The translations under genes were made by a program, and so were the position numbers. From Candidatus Binataceae bacterium (lineage in GTDB: Bacteria; Desulfobacterota; Binatia; Binatales; Binataceae), in NCBI GenBank assembly GCA_049795175.1, contig JBARDN010000330.1, positions 1 through 60,086 of the forward strand: DNA of 60,086 nt, in the 5' to 3' direction. The notes beneath the pieces were generated by a model. The model was not told the origin of the DNA. It saw only the letters and a list, made by a program, of their open reading frames with translations, and did no database searches. Shown in pieces: positions 19,769 through 28,744 of this stretch. Numbering within the stretch: the stretch's first letter is position 1; every line of letters starts with the position of its first letter.

Positions 19769-21349
19769 TTATGGAAAGACCGGCGCCGGCGGGGCACCGC
19801 GGACAGGAACGCCAGCAATCCCGTCGGCGCGGGAGCCTCGGCGCGCATAAAGGCTCGAATTGCTATCGCTATAGATGACTGACCAATGCGCGGCACGCGC
19901 CATCGCGTTGGCAGCGACGGTCTTTGGATTAATCAGAACGAAATCATTCGGAAAGCCGTTCAGCGTCCGTGATGCGCCTGCGCGGTCGAACGCGAAAGCA
20001 AGGTAAGCTTCGATAATTCGCCGGGGATATACCATCTCGAATCGGCTATCCAGGAATACCTTGTCGCGAGTCCATTCGTGGAAGATCACATAATCGTTCC
20101 ATGAGTATTCGCATAGCATATTACCGGAAAGATCGTGCGTGCGCATAAACGCCAGCGCGCCCGCCGGATACGCCTCGGTCAGATCGAGTGTGCCGGAGAA
20201 CAGCCCGGTCTCCGCCGCGAGAGCAAACGCCGCGATCGCGATAACGATCTCGCCCGCGAGGGTGATTCCGCGTCGTGATGCCGTAGTCTCGCAGGAACGC
20301 CGAGCATGGCGCGTCCGCAACGCCAGCGTCGTATGTCGCGCGAGCGGTATCATCGCGGCCATTATCCCGAGCGGAACATTGCGAACCTGAACGAACGCGG
20401 ATGCGATCAATACAGCGGCAATCGCAACCAGCGCCAGGTCGTCGGTACCCGGTGCGATTGCTATTGCGCTCATAGCTCCAATATAAATTCCAAATACGGA
20501 CAAATCGTAAAGAAAGGGCACCTGCGCGATATGGTGTTCCGCGATCGTCGCGCGGATTAGAGGCTGCCATTCATTTATAGCGCCCAGCATCGTGGGGTTA
20601 CCTATAGTATGCAGGACGCTCAGCCAGCTTCCCACGCCGTATGGGGTAATTACCGTAGCCACAATGCACGCAGAGGTTACCGCGGCCAGGTGAAAAAACC
20701 GTGTCGGACCATGGCCTGCCGCAAGGTCCTGTCCGCCGCGTACTATCGCGTATAGTCCTATGGCGCCCAAGCCGATCACAAAACCGCCGTGCAGGTTTGC
20801 CCATAACGCGAGCATCGGTGCCGTAATCCACAGCGGTGCACGCCCGCGAAAATTGTCGCGCGCCAGCAGCATCAGGATCGCTGCCAAGAGTAAATAGGTA
20901 AATATCTGAGGTCGAAACTGCATCTGCGCAGAGAGCCGGATGCTGGCCAGAAGCATAATGGAAATTTGCGTCACCGCCGAGGCTCCGGTCTGGCGCATCG
21001 CTTCCAACAGGAGCACTACGATCGCCGCGGTACATCCAAGCTTCATGAGCTTCAGCCCAACGACGCCGCCGTGACGATAGAACCAGGCGATTAGTACGTC
21101 GGATAGCCATTCGTGACTTATCCATGGCAAGCCCGGCATGGAATACGAATAGGTATCGACGCGCGGGAGGTGCCCCGCAAGTAAAATCTGCTGGCCGAAG
21201 CGAAGATGACCGAACAAGTCTGGGTCGGCGACCCGGACTGAATCTGTGATCATGATCGCAATCAGCACCAGCGCCGGAGAATAGCTAATCATCGACTCAG
21301 TCCACCGAGCACGTTCGGCACCGGCACTGCCCTGTGAATGGCTATTCAA
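19769..21349 (-). CDS. Polytopic integral membrane protein, paralog B of 18020..19624
   Basis: 526 aa, collinear with paralog A (ADPDLFGH, SHEWLSD, QFRPQIFT, LWANLHGGF, YPAGALAFM). Confidence 0.5.
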   Translation of the reverse strand: MNSHSQGSAGAERARWTESMISYSPALVLIAIMITDSVRVADPDLFGHLRFGQQILLAGHLPRVDTYSYSMPGLPWISHEWLSDVLIAWFYRHGGVVGLKLMKLGCTAAIVVLLLEAMRQTGASAVTQISIMLLASIRLSAQMQFRPQIFTYLLLAAILMLLARDNFRGRAPLWITAPMLALWANLHGGFVIGLGAIGLYAIVRGGQDLAAGHGPTRFFHLAAVTSACIVATVITPYGVGSWLSVLHTIGNPTMLGAINEWQPLIRATIAEHHIAQVPFLYDLSVFGIYIGAMSAIAIAPGTDDLALVAIAAVLIASAFVQVRNVPLGIMAAMIPLARHTTLALRTRHARRSCETTASRRGITLAGEIVIAIAAFALAAETGLFSGTLDLTEAYPAGALAFMRTHDLSGNMLCEYSWNDYVIFHEWTRDKVFLDSRFEMVYPRRIIEAYLAFAFDRAGASRTLNGFPNDFVLINPKTVAANAMARAAHWSVIYSDSNSSLYARRGSRADGIAGVPVRGAPPAPVFP

Positions 21350-21373
21350 GCGCGATCTATAGTCGCTCCGGCA

Positions 21374-22231
21374 TCATGCGCGTGCGGAAAAACAAATCGT
21401 CTCGTTGGGAAGACGCACGCGGCCGTCGGTGTCCTGAAATGTTTGCGCGGCTTCGCCGATCGCGGCCTGCACCCGTCCACGCGTCGCCGGATCGAGCCTT
21501 GTCATCATCGCCTGCGCGCGGCCGACCTCGCTGCGAAACGCGATAAATTCCGCCATCGATGCGAACTCGAAAGTGACCATCATCGGCTCGATTGTGATCG
21601 AGCTGAACCCCGTCCGTTCGAGCGCGGCTTTCAGAATTGAGGTGTCAGCCAGCCGCGTCGGTTCGAGCGCGCCGGGCGGCGGCGGTTTCAATCCTGCGAT
21701 ATTGCGCACCGCGTCGGCCGCGAGCGTGATCATCGGAACCTTGTCGCCCGAGTTCCACACCGCGGTTGCGAAACCCGCGCCGGGCTTGAGCGCGCGATGC
21801 AGAGTCCGCAGCACGGCGGGCAGGTCGGGCATGAACATCAGTCCCCATCGGCACACGCAAGCGTCGAAGCTCGCGGCCGGGAGCGCCATCGTCTCGGCGT
21901 CCGACTCGATGAATTCCAGGTGCTTGAGCCCGAGCGCTTTCGCGCGTTCGCGAGCGATCGCCAGCATTCCGGGCGATTGATCAACTCCGGTCACATGGCC
22001 GGACTCTCCCGCAACCCGCGCCGCCGTAACCGCGGGCTCGCCATTGCCGGTCGCGATATCCAGTACGCGCGCTCCAGCGCGAACCCCCGCCAGTGCGACG
22101 AGCCGATCGCTTACCTTCTGCGCAGCGTGCTCGAAGGTGGGCCACCATTTGTTCCATCCGGCGGCGCTGTCGTCCCACGTCGCACGCTGGTCGCGTTTGA
22201 GCGCCGTAGGGTCGGGTGTGAATTCAGCCAT
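21374..22231 (-). CDS. Class I SAM-dependent methyltransferase
   Basis: VLDIATGNGEPA (motif I), then GVDQSPGML, and FDACVCRWGLMFMPD...LKPGAGF (post-I to motif III). Confidence 0.75.
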   Translation of the reverse strand: MAEFTPDPTALKRDQRATWDDSAAGWNKWWPTFEHAAQKVSDRLVALAGVRAGARVLDIATGNGEPAVTAARVAGESGHVTGVDQSPGMLAIARERAKALGLKHLEFIESDAETMALPAASFDACVCRWGLMFMPDLPAVLRTLHRALKPGAGFATAVWNSGDKVPMITLAADAVRNIAGLKPPPPGALEPTRLADTSILKAALERTGFSSITIEPMMVTFEFASMAEFIAFRSEVGRAQAMMTRLDPATRGRVQAAIGEAAQTFQDTDGRVRLPNETICFSARA

Positions 22232-22262
22232 TGTGAGTCTCCTTCGATCCGTTTGATTTATA

Positions 22263-23660
22263 TCATTGCTTGAGCACGACTACACCGCGCACCTGCGCGA
22301 TAGTCACCGGAAAATCCCGACGCGATCCCGGATGCTGCGTGGCGCCGCCGGAGCGATCCTCGAGCAGCAAGACGGCCGGACTACCCCCGCGCTGTGCGCG
22401 CTCGCGTTCGGTGAGTGGCAGGTAGTAGCGCACGACCTCGACCGCGTAGGCGGGCCGCGCGCTGAGCGTTGCGCCGGGCGCCAGATTTTTCAGGGCGATC
22501 GCTGTCGCCTCACGCCACTGGATGTCGTGCGGCTTGCGCGCGTAGCTCCAGATGTGTCCGAGCGACAGCGCGACTATTGCGGCAAGCGCGACGCCGCGCG
22601 CGGTTCCGGCGCGCAGCTCGCAGACGCCGATCGCGGCGAGAAAGAACAGCGGCACGAAACACGACAGCACATAACGTTCGACCAGCACCGGTGCGACGGC
22701 ATACGACGCGATCATCATCATGATGACCGGCGCCCACATCCACACGAGCGCGAATGCGACTGCGTCTCGCGCGATACGCCAGCCGCGAACCGCGCCATAA
22801 ACTGCCAGTACTGCCAACACCGGAAACGTGAAGCTGCCCGCGGCCTTGTTAAACAGTGAGATCGGCTCCCACAGCGCGGGACGCCCGATCCATTGGAGCA
22901 TCCCGCGATCCACCGCCGCGCCGCCGTTGCGCACCTCCGCGAGCATCAGCGGCGCAAAGGCCGCGCCCGCAATCGCAAGCGCGATCGCGATTGCCCACGC
23001 GTGCCGCGACTCGGCGGCTATCGGACGAAAGCCCGAGCGCGCAAGCAAATACACGACCCAGATTGCTTCGGACGCTGGAATCAGGATCGCGAAAAAATTG
23101 ACCGTCACTGCTGCGCCGGCCAGCACTCCGGCGCCAATATAGTTGCCGATTCCTCCGCGCCGCGTTGCGCGAACAAAGAAGCCTAGCTGTGCGAGCAGGA
23201 CCGCCAGCATCATCGAGTACATCCGCAACTCGCGCGAATATTTGAGCATCACCAGGCTGACCGCGAAGATCAGCGCGGCGATCGCCGCGGTCAGATATGC
23301 GTCGGCCTCAGGCAATCCGTGTGCGCTGCCCTGATCGGGCGACGCGATCAGCAATTCGCGCCCGACCCAGAACACCAGCAGGATCGAAAGCGTGCCGAAT
23401 AGCGCCGAGAGCGCGCGCAGCGCGACGATTCCGTCGCCGAACATTGCGATCCATCCATGCAACAAAACCTCGTGCGCGGCGATCTTGCCGGGATTAAGCT
23501 GCTCGCCGAGCGCGATAACTTGCCTCACACTCGGCGCCGCGGCCGCGGCCCAGGTGGCGGCTTCGTCGGCGGACATCTCGTTGCCGTCCAGGTCGCCGAA
23601 GCGCAAAACCGCTCCTGCGGCCAGCGCGAGGATCAAAATCACCAGCCACAGCCTGGGCAT
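22263..23660 (-). CDS. Polytopic membrane protein, ArnT/PMT (GT39)-like glycosyltransferase candidate
   Basis: Track ORF 22263..24065; its 5' part overlaps the HU gene, so the start was taken at ATG 23660: MPRLWLVILILALAAGAVLRFGDLDGNEMSADEAATW...LHGWIAMFG..ALRALSALFG. This N-terminal pattern is typical of GT39/PMT_2-type proteins. There are about 10 hydrophobic segments. Confidence 0.5.
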   Translation of the reverse strand: MPRLWLVILILALAAGAVLRFGDLDGNEMSADEAATWAAAAAPSVRQVIALGEQLNPGKIAAHEVLLHGWIAMFGDGIVALRALSALFGTLSILLVFWVGRELLIASPDQGSAHGLPEADAYLTAAIAALIFAVSLVMLKYSRELRMYSMMLAVLLAQLGFFVRATRRGGIGNYIGAGVLAGAAVTVNFFAILIPASEAIWVVYLLARSGFRPIAAESRHAWAIAIALAIAGAAFAPLMLAEVRNGGAAVDRGMLQWIGRPALWEPISLFNKAAGSFTFPVLAVLAVYGAVRGWRIARDAVAFALVWMWAPVIMMMIASYAVAPVLVERYVLSCFVPLFFLAAIGVCELRAGTARGVALAAIVALSLGHIWSYARKPHDIQWREATAIALKNLAPGATLSARPAYAVEVVRYYLPLTERERAQRGGSPAVLLLEDRSGGATQHPGSRRDFPVTIAQVRGVVVLKQ

Positions 23661-23710
23661 GGAAAGAATTGGTGCGCGAATGATCGGTTCGTGCGGATGC
23701 GCCGATCCGA

Positions 23711-23980
23711 TCAAAGTCCCTTTTTCAATTGCGGCGCGGCGCGGAAGCCCACCGTGCGCATCGCGGGAATGGTCATTGCGGATTTGGTGCGCGGATTGTA
23801 TCCAGTGCGCGAGCGATGACGCCGCACCGTGAAGGTGCCGAAGCCCGGCACCCAAAAGCGCTTGTCGCGCCGAATCGACCGCGCAATCTGCTCGAACGCA
23901 AGGTCGATCGTACTCTCGACGGACTTGCGTGGCTGGCGTGATACGCGCGCTACCGCATCGATCAGCTCCGCCTTGGTCAT
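23711..23980 (-). CDS. HU/IHF-family DNA-binding protein
   Basis: Track ORF 23711..24004; from ATG 23980: MTKAELIDAVA...VPGFGTFTVRRHRSRTGYNPRTKSAMTIPAMRTVGFRAAPQLKKGL (beta-arm GFGTF..R..R.GRNP motif). Confidence 0.85.
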   Translation of the reverse strand: MTKAELIDAVARVSRQPRKSVESTIDLAFEQIARSIRRDKRFWVPGFGTFTVRRHRSRTGYNPRTKSAMTIPAMRTVGFRAAPQLKKGL

Positions 23981-24061
23981 CGCCAGTTCCTCCCGCGTGA
24001 TCACTATGGCAGAACCAGTCCGGGGGCAAACACCGCGTGCGGCGCAAAACTCCCGCGGCGC

Positions 24062-24991
24062 TCACCCAGCCGTGCGGATTCGCTCGGCCTCGCGCCAGAC
24101 CAGGCCCCAGCGCACGCCTTGATCGCTGACGATAACCGCGCTGGCATCGAAGCGATTCATCACGCGCAGCAGGATCATCGCGCCTGCATAAATCACGTCA
24201 GCGCGGCCTTCGAGCAGGCCCGGGAGCTTGCGCCGTTCGGCCGTCGGACGCGATCGGAAGAGCTCGACGACGCGCTCGATTTCGGAGCGCGCGAGCACGT
24301 GGCCATGCACGATCGCGGCGTCGTACTCGGTCATCCCGAGCGCGACCGCACAGATCGTAGTGACCGTGCCCGCGATGCCGACCATCTTCGCCGGCTGGAA
24401 ATTCCACTGCGTCGCGTCGATCGCAGAATCGATCGCGCCGGTCAACGCGCGCGCATCCTCGGCGGACGGCGGGTCGCTATGGACGTAGCGCTCGGTCATC
24501 CGGACCGAGCCGATTTGCAGGCTCACCATCTCGAGCGAGTGGCCGGGTTCGGCGCGAATCAGTTCGGTCGAGCCGCCTCCGATATCGACGATCAGCAGCG
24601 CGAGCGCTGGATCGATCGCTAGGCCGCACGTCACCGCCAGATGCGACAGGCTTGCTTCCTCGAGCCCGCTGATGGTTTCGAGCTCGACGCCGGCGCGCTC
24701 GCGCACGCGCGCGATAAATTCGGGACCGTCAGCCGCGTCGCGCAACGAGGCGGTGCCTGCGGCGACAAAGCGCTCGACGCCAAGCGCGCGTCCGCGCGCG
24801 GCGAATTCCTCGATCGCGGCGAGAGTGAGTGTGGCGGAGCCAGGATCGAGGCGTCCGCTCTTGTCCAGTCCGCGTCCAAGCCGCGTGATTCGTGAGCACT
24901 CCAGGAGCGGTCGCGGCCGCGCCATGCCGTCGATTTCAACCGCCAGCATCAGGACTGTATTGGTCCCTACGTCGAATGCGCCGAGTTTCAT
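24062..24991 (-). CDS. Ppx/GppA-family phosphatase (exopolyphosphatase / pppGpp phosphohydrolase-like)
   Basis: From ATG 24991: MKLGAFDVGTNTVLMLAV..., then DIGGGSTEL (ASKHA phosphate-binding loops). The start overlaps the trmFO stop (ATGA). Confidence 0.8.
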   Translation of the reverse strand: MKLGAFDVGTNTVLMLAVEIDGMARPRPLLECSRITRLGRGLDKSGRLDPGSATLTLAAIEEFAARGRALGVERFVAAGTASLRDAADGPEFIARVRERAGVELETISGLEEASLSHLAVTCGLAIDPALALLIVDIGGGSTELIRAEPGHSLEMVSLQIGSVRMTERYVHSDPPSAEDARALTGAIDSAIDATQWNFQPAKMVGIAGTVTTICAVALGMTEYDAAIVHGHVLARSEIERVVELFRSRPTAERRKLPGLLEGRADVIYAGAMILLRVMNRFDASAVIVSDQGVRWGLVWREAERIRTAG

Positions 24992-26343
24992 AGGACGCTC
25001 GCGCCGAGCTCCGAATCGCGCGGCTCGAGCGCGTGCGCCGCGATCCATTGATCGATTGCCGCAAGCGCCCGCTCACCCATCGCGATTTTTTTCTCGCGCG
25101 CTCGCGCACGAAAACCCAGCTCGGGCATCAATCCGTAATTGGCATTCATCGGCTGGAAATCTTTGCGCGATACGTCGGTCACGTACGCGATCAGCGAGCC
25201 AAGCGCGGTCTCGCGCGGCGGCACGACCAGCGGACGCTCCTCGATCAGCCGCGCGGCGTTGATCGCGGCGAACAGGCCGGCCGCGGCGGACTCCACATAG
25301 CCCTCGACGCCGATCATTTGTCCCGCCAGGAACAAATCTCCGCGCGAGCGCAATCGCAGCGTCGGATAAAGCAGGCGCGGTGAATCGATAAAGGTGTTGC
25401 GATGAAGTGAGCCAAGGCGCACGAATTCCGCGCGCGCGAGGCCCGGGATCATCCGCAATACGCGGCGCTGTTCCGGGTAGGTCATCTTGGTTTGAAAGCC
25501 GACGATATTGTAGATGCGCCCCGCGTGATCGTCCTGGCGCAGTTGCACGACTGCGAATGGCCGCGCTCCCGTGTGCGGATCGCGCAGCCCCACCGGACGC
25601 ATCGGACCAAACGCGAGCGTCATCGGCCCGCGCCGCGCCATCTCCTCGATCGGCATGCAGCCCTCGAAGTAAACCGCCTTCTCGAAGGGATGCAGCGTGA
25701 TCTTTTCCGCAGCGACGACCGCCTGGATAAACGCATGGTACTCGGTCTCGGTCATCGGACAGTTGATGTAATCGTCGCCGCCGCGCCCATAGCGAGAGGC
25801 GCGGAACGCGATATCCATGTCGATCGAATCGACGGCGACGATCGGCGCGATCGCGTCGTAGAAGTACAGATTGCGCGGCCCAATGATCGCGCTCAGCGCG
25901 TCGCCGAGCGCGTCGCTGGTGAGAGGACCGCTCGCGATGATTGCCGGACCACCGGGAATCGCCGCCGCCTCAGCGCGGACGATCTCGATCATCGGATGCG
26001 CGCTGAGCGTCGCGGTAATGAAGCCCGAGAAGTCTGCGCGATCGACCGCGAGCGCCGATCCCGCGGGAACGCGCGCGCGATCCGCCGCCGCGGTCACGAT
26101 CGATCCGAGCCGCCGCATCTCTTCCTTGAGCACGCCGACCGCCGTCTCGAGTCCCGCGTTGCGCAGCGAATTCGAGCACACCAGCTCCGCAAAGTTCGCG
26201 GTCTGATGCGCCTCGGTCATTTTGACCGGCCGCATCTCGATCAACCGCACGCGGCATCCGCGCCGCGCAAGCTGCCAGGCGGCTTCGCTGCCGGCGAGAC
26301 CCGCGCCAATTACGGTTACGACTTGATCTGACATGACAGGCAT
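24988..26343 (-). CDS. trmFO: Methylenetetrahydrofolate--tRNA-(uracil-5-)-methyltransferase TrmFO
   Basis: VTVIGAGLAGSEAAWQLARRG (FAD fold), LVCSNSLR, FAGQMIGVEGYVESAA-type motif (LAGQMIGVEGYVESAAAG). Confidence 0.9.
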   Translation of the reverse strand: MPVMSDQVVTVIGAGLAGSEAAWQLARRGCRVRLIEMRPVKMTEAHQTANFAELVCSNSLRNAGLETAVGVLKEEMRRLGSIVTAAADRARVPAGSALAVDRADFSGFITATLSAHPMIEIVRAEAAAIPGGPAIIASGPLTSDALGDALSAIIGPRNLYFYDAIAPIVAVDSIDMDIAFRASRYGRGGDDYINCPMTETEYHAFIQAVVAAEKITLHPFEKAVYFEGCMPIEEMARRGPMTLAFGPMRPVGLRDPHTGARPFAVVQLRQDDHAGRIYNIVGFQTKMTYPEQRRVLRMIPGLARAEFVRLGSLHRNTFIDSPRLLYPTLRLRSRGDLFLAGQMIGVEGYVESAAAGLFAAINAARLIEERPLVVPPRETALGSLIAYVTDVSRKDFQPMNANYGLMPELGFRARAREKKIAMGERALAAIDQWIAAHALEPRDSELGASVL

Positions 26344-26494
26344 CGCGATCGTGCCCCGTTTGAGTGCGGCTGTAAACCATCGCCAGCGCGGTGGCGCGAT
26401 TGCCCTTGATGCGCGAGGACACTAGCATCCGTTTTCATACGATTCTTTTCTGTGATGCCGAGATTCAGCCAGAGGCCTCGACAGGAGGAACAAG

Positions 26495-27709
26495 ATGAAG
26501 CGCAAGCCCGCTGGACGCATCGCCGGAAAGTCGCCAACCGCCGGCGTCCGGCCCCCACGCCCGCGCGCGAAAAGTCGCGCGACCGGCGCCAGGACGCTCC
26601 TGATGATCGGCACGCGCAAGGGTGCGTGGCTCTTTCATTCCGATTCGCAGCGCCGCAAATGGACCATCGACGGACCGCATTTCCTGGGCCATATAGTCAA
26701 TCATCTGACGCTCGATCCGCGTGACGGTGCGACGATGCTGATGGCGTCGAAGACCGGGCATCTCGGCCCTACGATTTTCCGCTCAACCGACATCGGCCGC
26801 ACCTGGACCGAGGCGTCGCGCCCGCCCGCGTTTCCCAAAGCCCTCGAGGGGCAACGCGCACTCTCGGTGGACTACACATTCTCGCTCGCGCCCGCGCATC
26901 CGAGCGAGCCGAACGCATGGTACGCGACCACTTGTCCGCCGGGACTCTTCCGCAGCGAAGACGCGGGCGTCACGTGGACACCGGTCGCCGGATGGAACGA
27001 GCATCCGATGTACTGGCAGTGGAACAATCCCGATGCGGGGACGCCCGACGGATCGATCCTGCAATGGGTCACGATCGATCCGCGCGACGCGGCGCACATG
27101 TATATTGTCACCTCCGAGGGCGGCGTGTTCGAGTCGCACGATCATGCGACGTCGTGGCGTCCGCTCAACAAAAACGTCGAGGCGCTCTTCATGCCCAACC
27201 CGAATCCGGAATTCGGGCAGGATACTCACTGCCTGCAGATGCATCCGCTTGCGCCCGACCGCCTTTACCAGCAGAGCCACTGCGGAATTTACCGGCTCGA
27301 TCGTCCGGGCGACGAATGGGTTCGTATCGGGCGCAACATGCCCGAAGAGATCGGCGATATCGGATTTCCGATCGTACTGCATCCGCGCGATCCAGAACGC
27401 GCGTGGGTCTTCCCGATGGACGGGACCACCGTATGGCCGCGTACCAGCCCGGGCGGGCGTCCGGCGGTTTATCTCACGCGTGACGCGGGAGAGTCGTGGG
27501 AGCGCCAGGACCGCGGGCTTCCGCGCGCGCAAGGATGGATGACGGTGAAGCGGCAGGGCTTCACCGCCGACGATCGCGATCCGCTGGGCCTCTACTTCGG
27601 CACCACCTGCGGCGAGCTATGGGCCAGTGTTGATGAAGGCCGCCGATGGCGCCAGCTCGCGGCGCATCTGCCGGAAATTTACTCCGTCGCCGCGGTATCG
27701 GTTGCGTGA
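26495..27709 (+). CDS. Asp-box (BNR) repeat beta-propeller protein, sialidase-fold-like, unknown function
   Basis: AGGAGG lies 7 nt before ATG 26495. Five Asp-boxes (SxDxGxTW-like): STDIGRTW, SEDAGVTW, SHDHATSW, TRDAGESW, SVDEGRRW. Confidence 0.7.
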   Translation: MKRKPAGRIAGKSPTAGVRPPRPRAKSRATGARTLLMIGTRKGAWLFHSDSQRRKWTIDGPHFLGHIVNHLTLDPRDGATMLMASKTGHLGPTIFRSTDIGRTWTEASRPPAFPKALEGQRALSVDYTFSLAPAHPSEPNAWYATTCPPGLFRSEDAGVTWTPVAGWNEHPMYWQWNNPDAGTPDGSILQWVTIDPRDAAHMYIVTSEGGVFESHDHATSWRPLNKNVEALFMPNPNPEFGQDTHCLQMHPLAPDRLYQQSHCGIYRLDRPGDEWVRIGRNMPEEIGDIGFPIVLHPRDPERAWVFPMDGTTVWPRTSPGGRPAVYLTRDAGESWERQDRGLPRAQGWMTVKRQGFTADDRDPLGLYFGTTCGELWASVDEGRRWRQLAAHLPEIYSVAAVSVA

Positions 27710-27966
27710 TGCGCGTGCTGATTCCAAGCCAGCTTCGGTCTTACACGCACGCGGCGGAGGTCGAGGGAGCGGGGCGCACGCTCGAGGAGCTGACCCAAAA
27801 CCTCGACGCGCAATTTTCCGGGATTCGATTTCGGATTATCGACGAGCAGGATCGGATTCGCCGTCATATCCGCATTTTCGTCAACGGCGAAGCGGTGAAC
27901 ACGCTGGCGACAGCACTCGCGGCAAACGATGAAGTGCAGATCGTCGGCGCGCTGACCGGCGGATGA
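27709..27966 (+). CDS. CysO/MoaD/ThiS-family ubiquitin-fold sulfur-carrier-like protein ending in Gly-Gly
   Basis: Track ORF 27646..27966. ATG 27709 shares one nt with the preceding TGA (TGATG). MRVLIPSQLRSYTHAAEVEGAGRTLEELTQNLDAQFSGIRFRIIDEQDRIRRHIRIFVNGEAV...DEVQIVGALTGG*. 85 aa, CysO-like pattern, terminal GG. Confidence 0.75.
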   Translation: MRVLIPSQLRSYTHAAEVEGAGRTLEELTQNLDAQFSGIRFRIIDEQDRIRRHIRIFVNGEAVNTLATALAANDEVQIVGALTGG

Positions 27967-28054
27967 GTCCCCGCCGCGCGCGACGCATTTGTCGCCACCG
28001 TGCGACCGCGCTATAAAAGTAGTTGCAATTCGCAACCCTTTGGAGGACCCCCGA

Positions 28055-28660
28055 ATGACCACCCTTTATGGCACTTCGCAATCGCGCGCCCCGCGATCCC
28101 TTTGGGCGCTCGAAGAACTCGGGATCAAATACGATCACGTCCCAACCGGCGTTCCGGAAACCCGCACTCCCGAACATCTCAAGCGCAATCCCAACGGCCA
28201 CATTCCCGTGCTCGAGGACGGGGGTCATCATTTTTGGGAATCGATGGCGATAAATCTCTACCTTGCCGAGAAGTACGGAAAAGCGCCGTTTTGGCCGGCG
28301 TCGGTCGCCGATCGCGGACATGCTTACCAGTGGAGTTTCTGGGCGATGACCGAGGTCGAGCCGCCTCTGATGACCATTCTGATGCACAAGCTGTTTCTGC
28401 CCGCCGAGCAGCGCAGCGCAAAAGCGCTCTCGGACGCCGCGGGCGCGCTCGGCGCGCCGATGGCGGTTCTCGACGCACACCTCAAGGGACGCGCCTATCT
28501 GCTCGGCAATGATTTCACGATTGCCGACCTTAATGCGGCTTCAGTGCTGAGCATGGCCGCGTTCGCGCAGCACGATCTCTCTAGCACCTCGACCGCCAAG
28601 GCGTGGCTCGACAAATGCCTTGCACGGCCGTCCTTTAAGAAAGCGAGCGCGATGAAATAA
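28055..28660 (+). CDS. Glutathione S-transferase
   Basis: Track ORF 27989..28660; from ATG 28055: MTTLYGTSQSRAPRSLWALEELGIKYDHV...NPNGHIPVLEDGGHHFWESMAINLYL (thioredoxin-like GST N-domain with the ES motif). Confidence 0.8.
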   Translation: MTTLYGTSQSRAPRSLWALEELGIKYDHVPTGVPETRTPEHLKRNPNGHIPVLEDGGHHFWESMAINLYLAEKYGKAPFWPASVADRGHAYQWSFWAMTEVEPPLMTILMHKLFLPAEQRSAKALSDAAGALGAPMAVLDAHLKGRAYLLGNDFTIADLNAASVLSMAAFAQHDLSSTSTAKAWLDKCLARPSFKKASAMK

Positions 28661-28689
28661 CTGGGGAACGCATCATCGATCGTAGCGAG

Positions 28690-28729
28690 CGGCCGCCGCG
28701 AAAATTTAGCGGCGGCCGTTTCGCAATTT
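28690..28729 (+). terminator. Rho-independent terminator after the GST gene
   Basis: CGGCCGCCGC-gaaaattta-GCGGCGGCCG, a 10-bp stem followed by TTTCGCAATTT. Confidence 0.6.
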
Positions 28730-28744
28730 AGCGTGATCCGAGAT

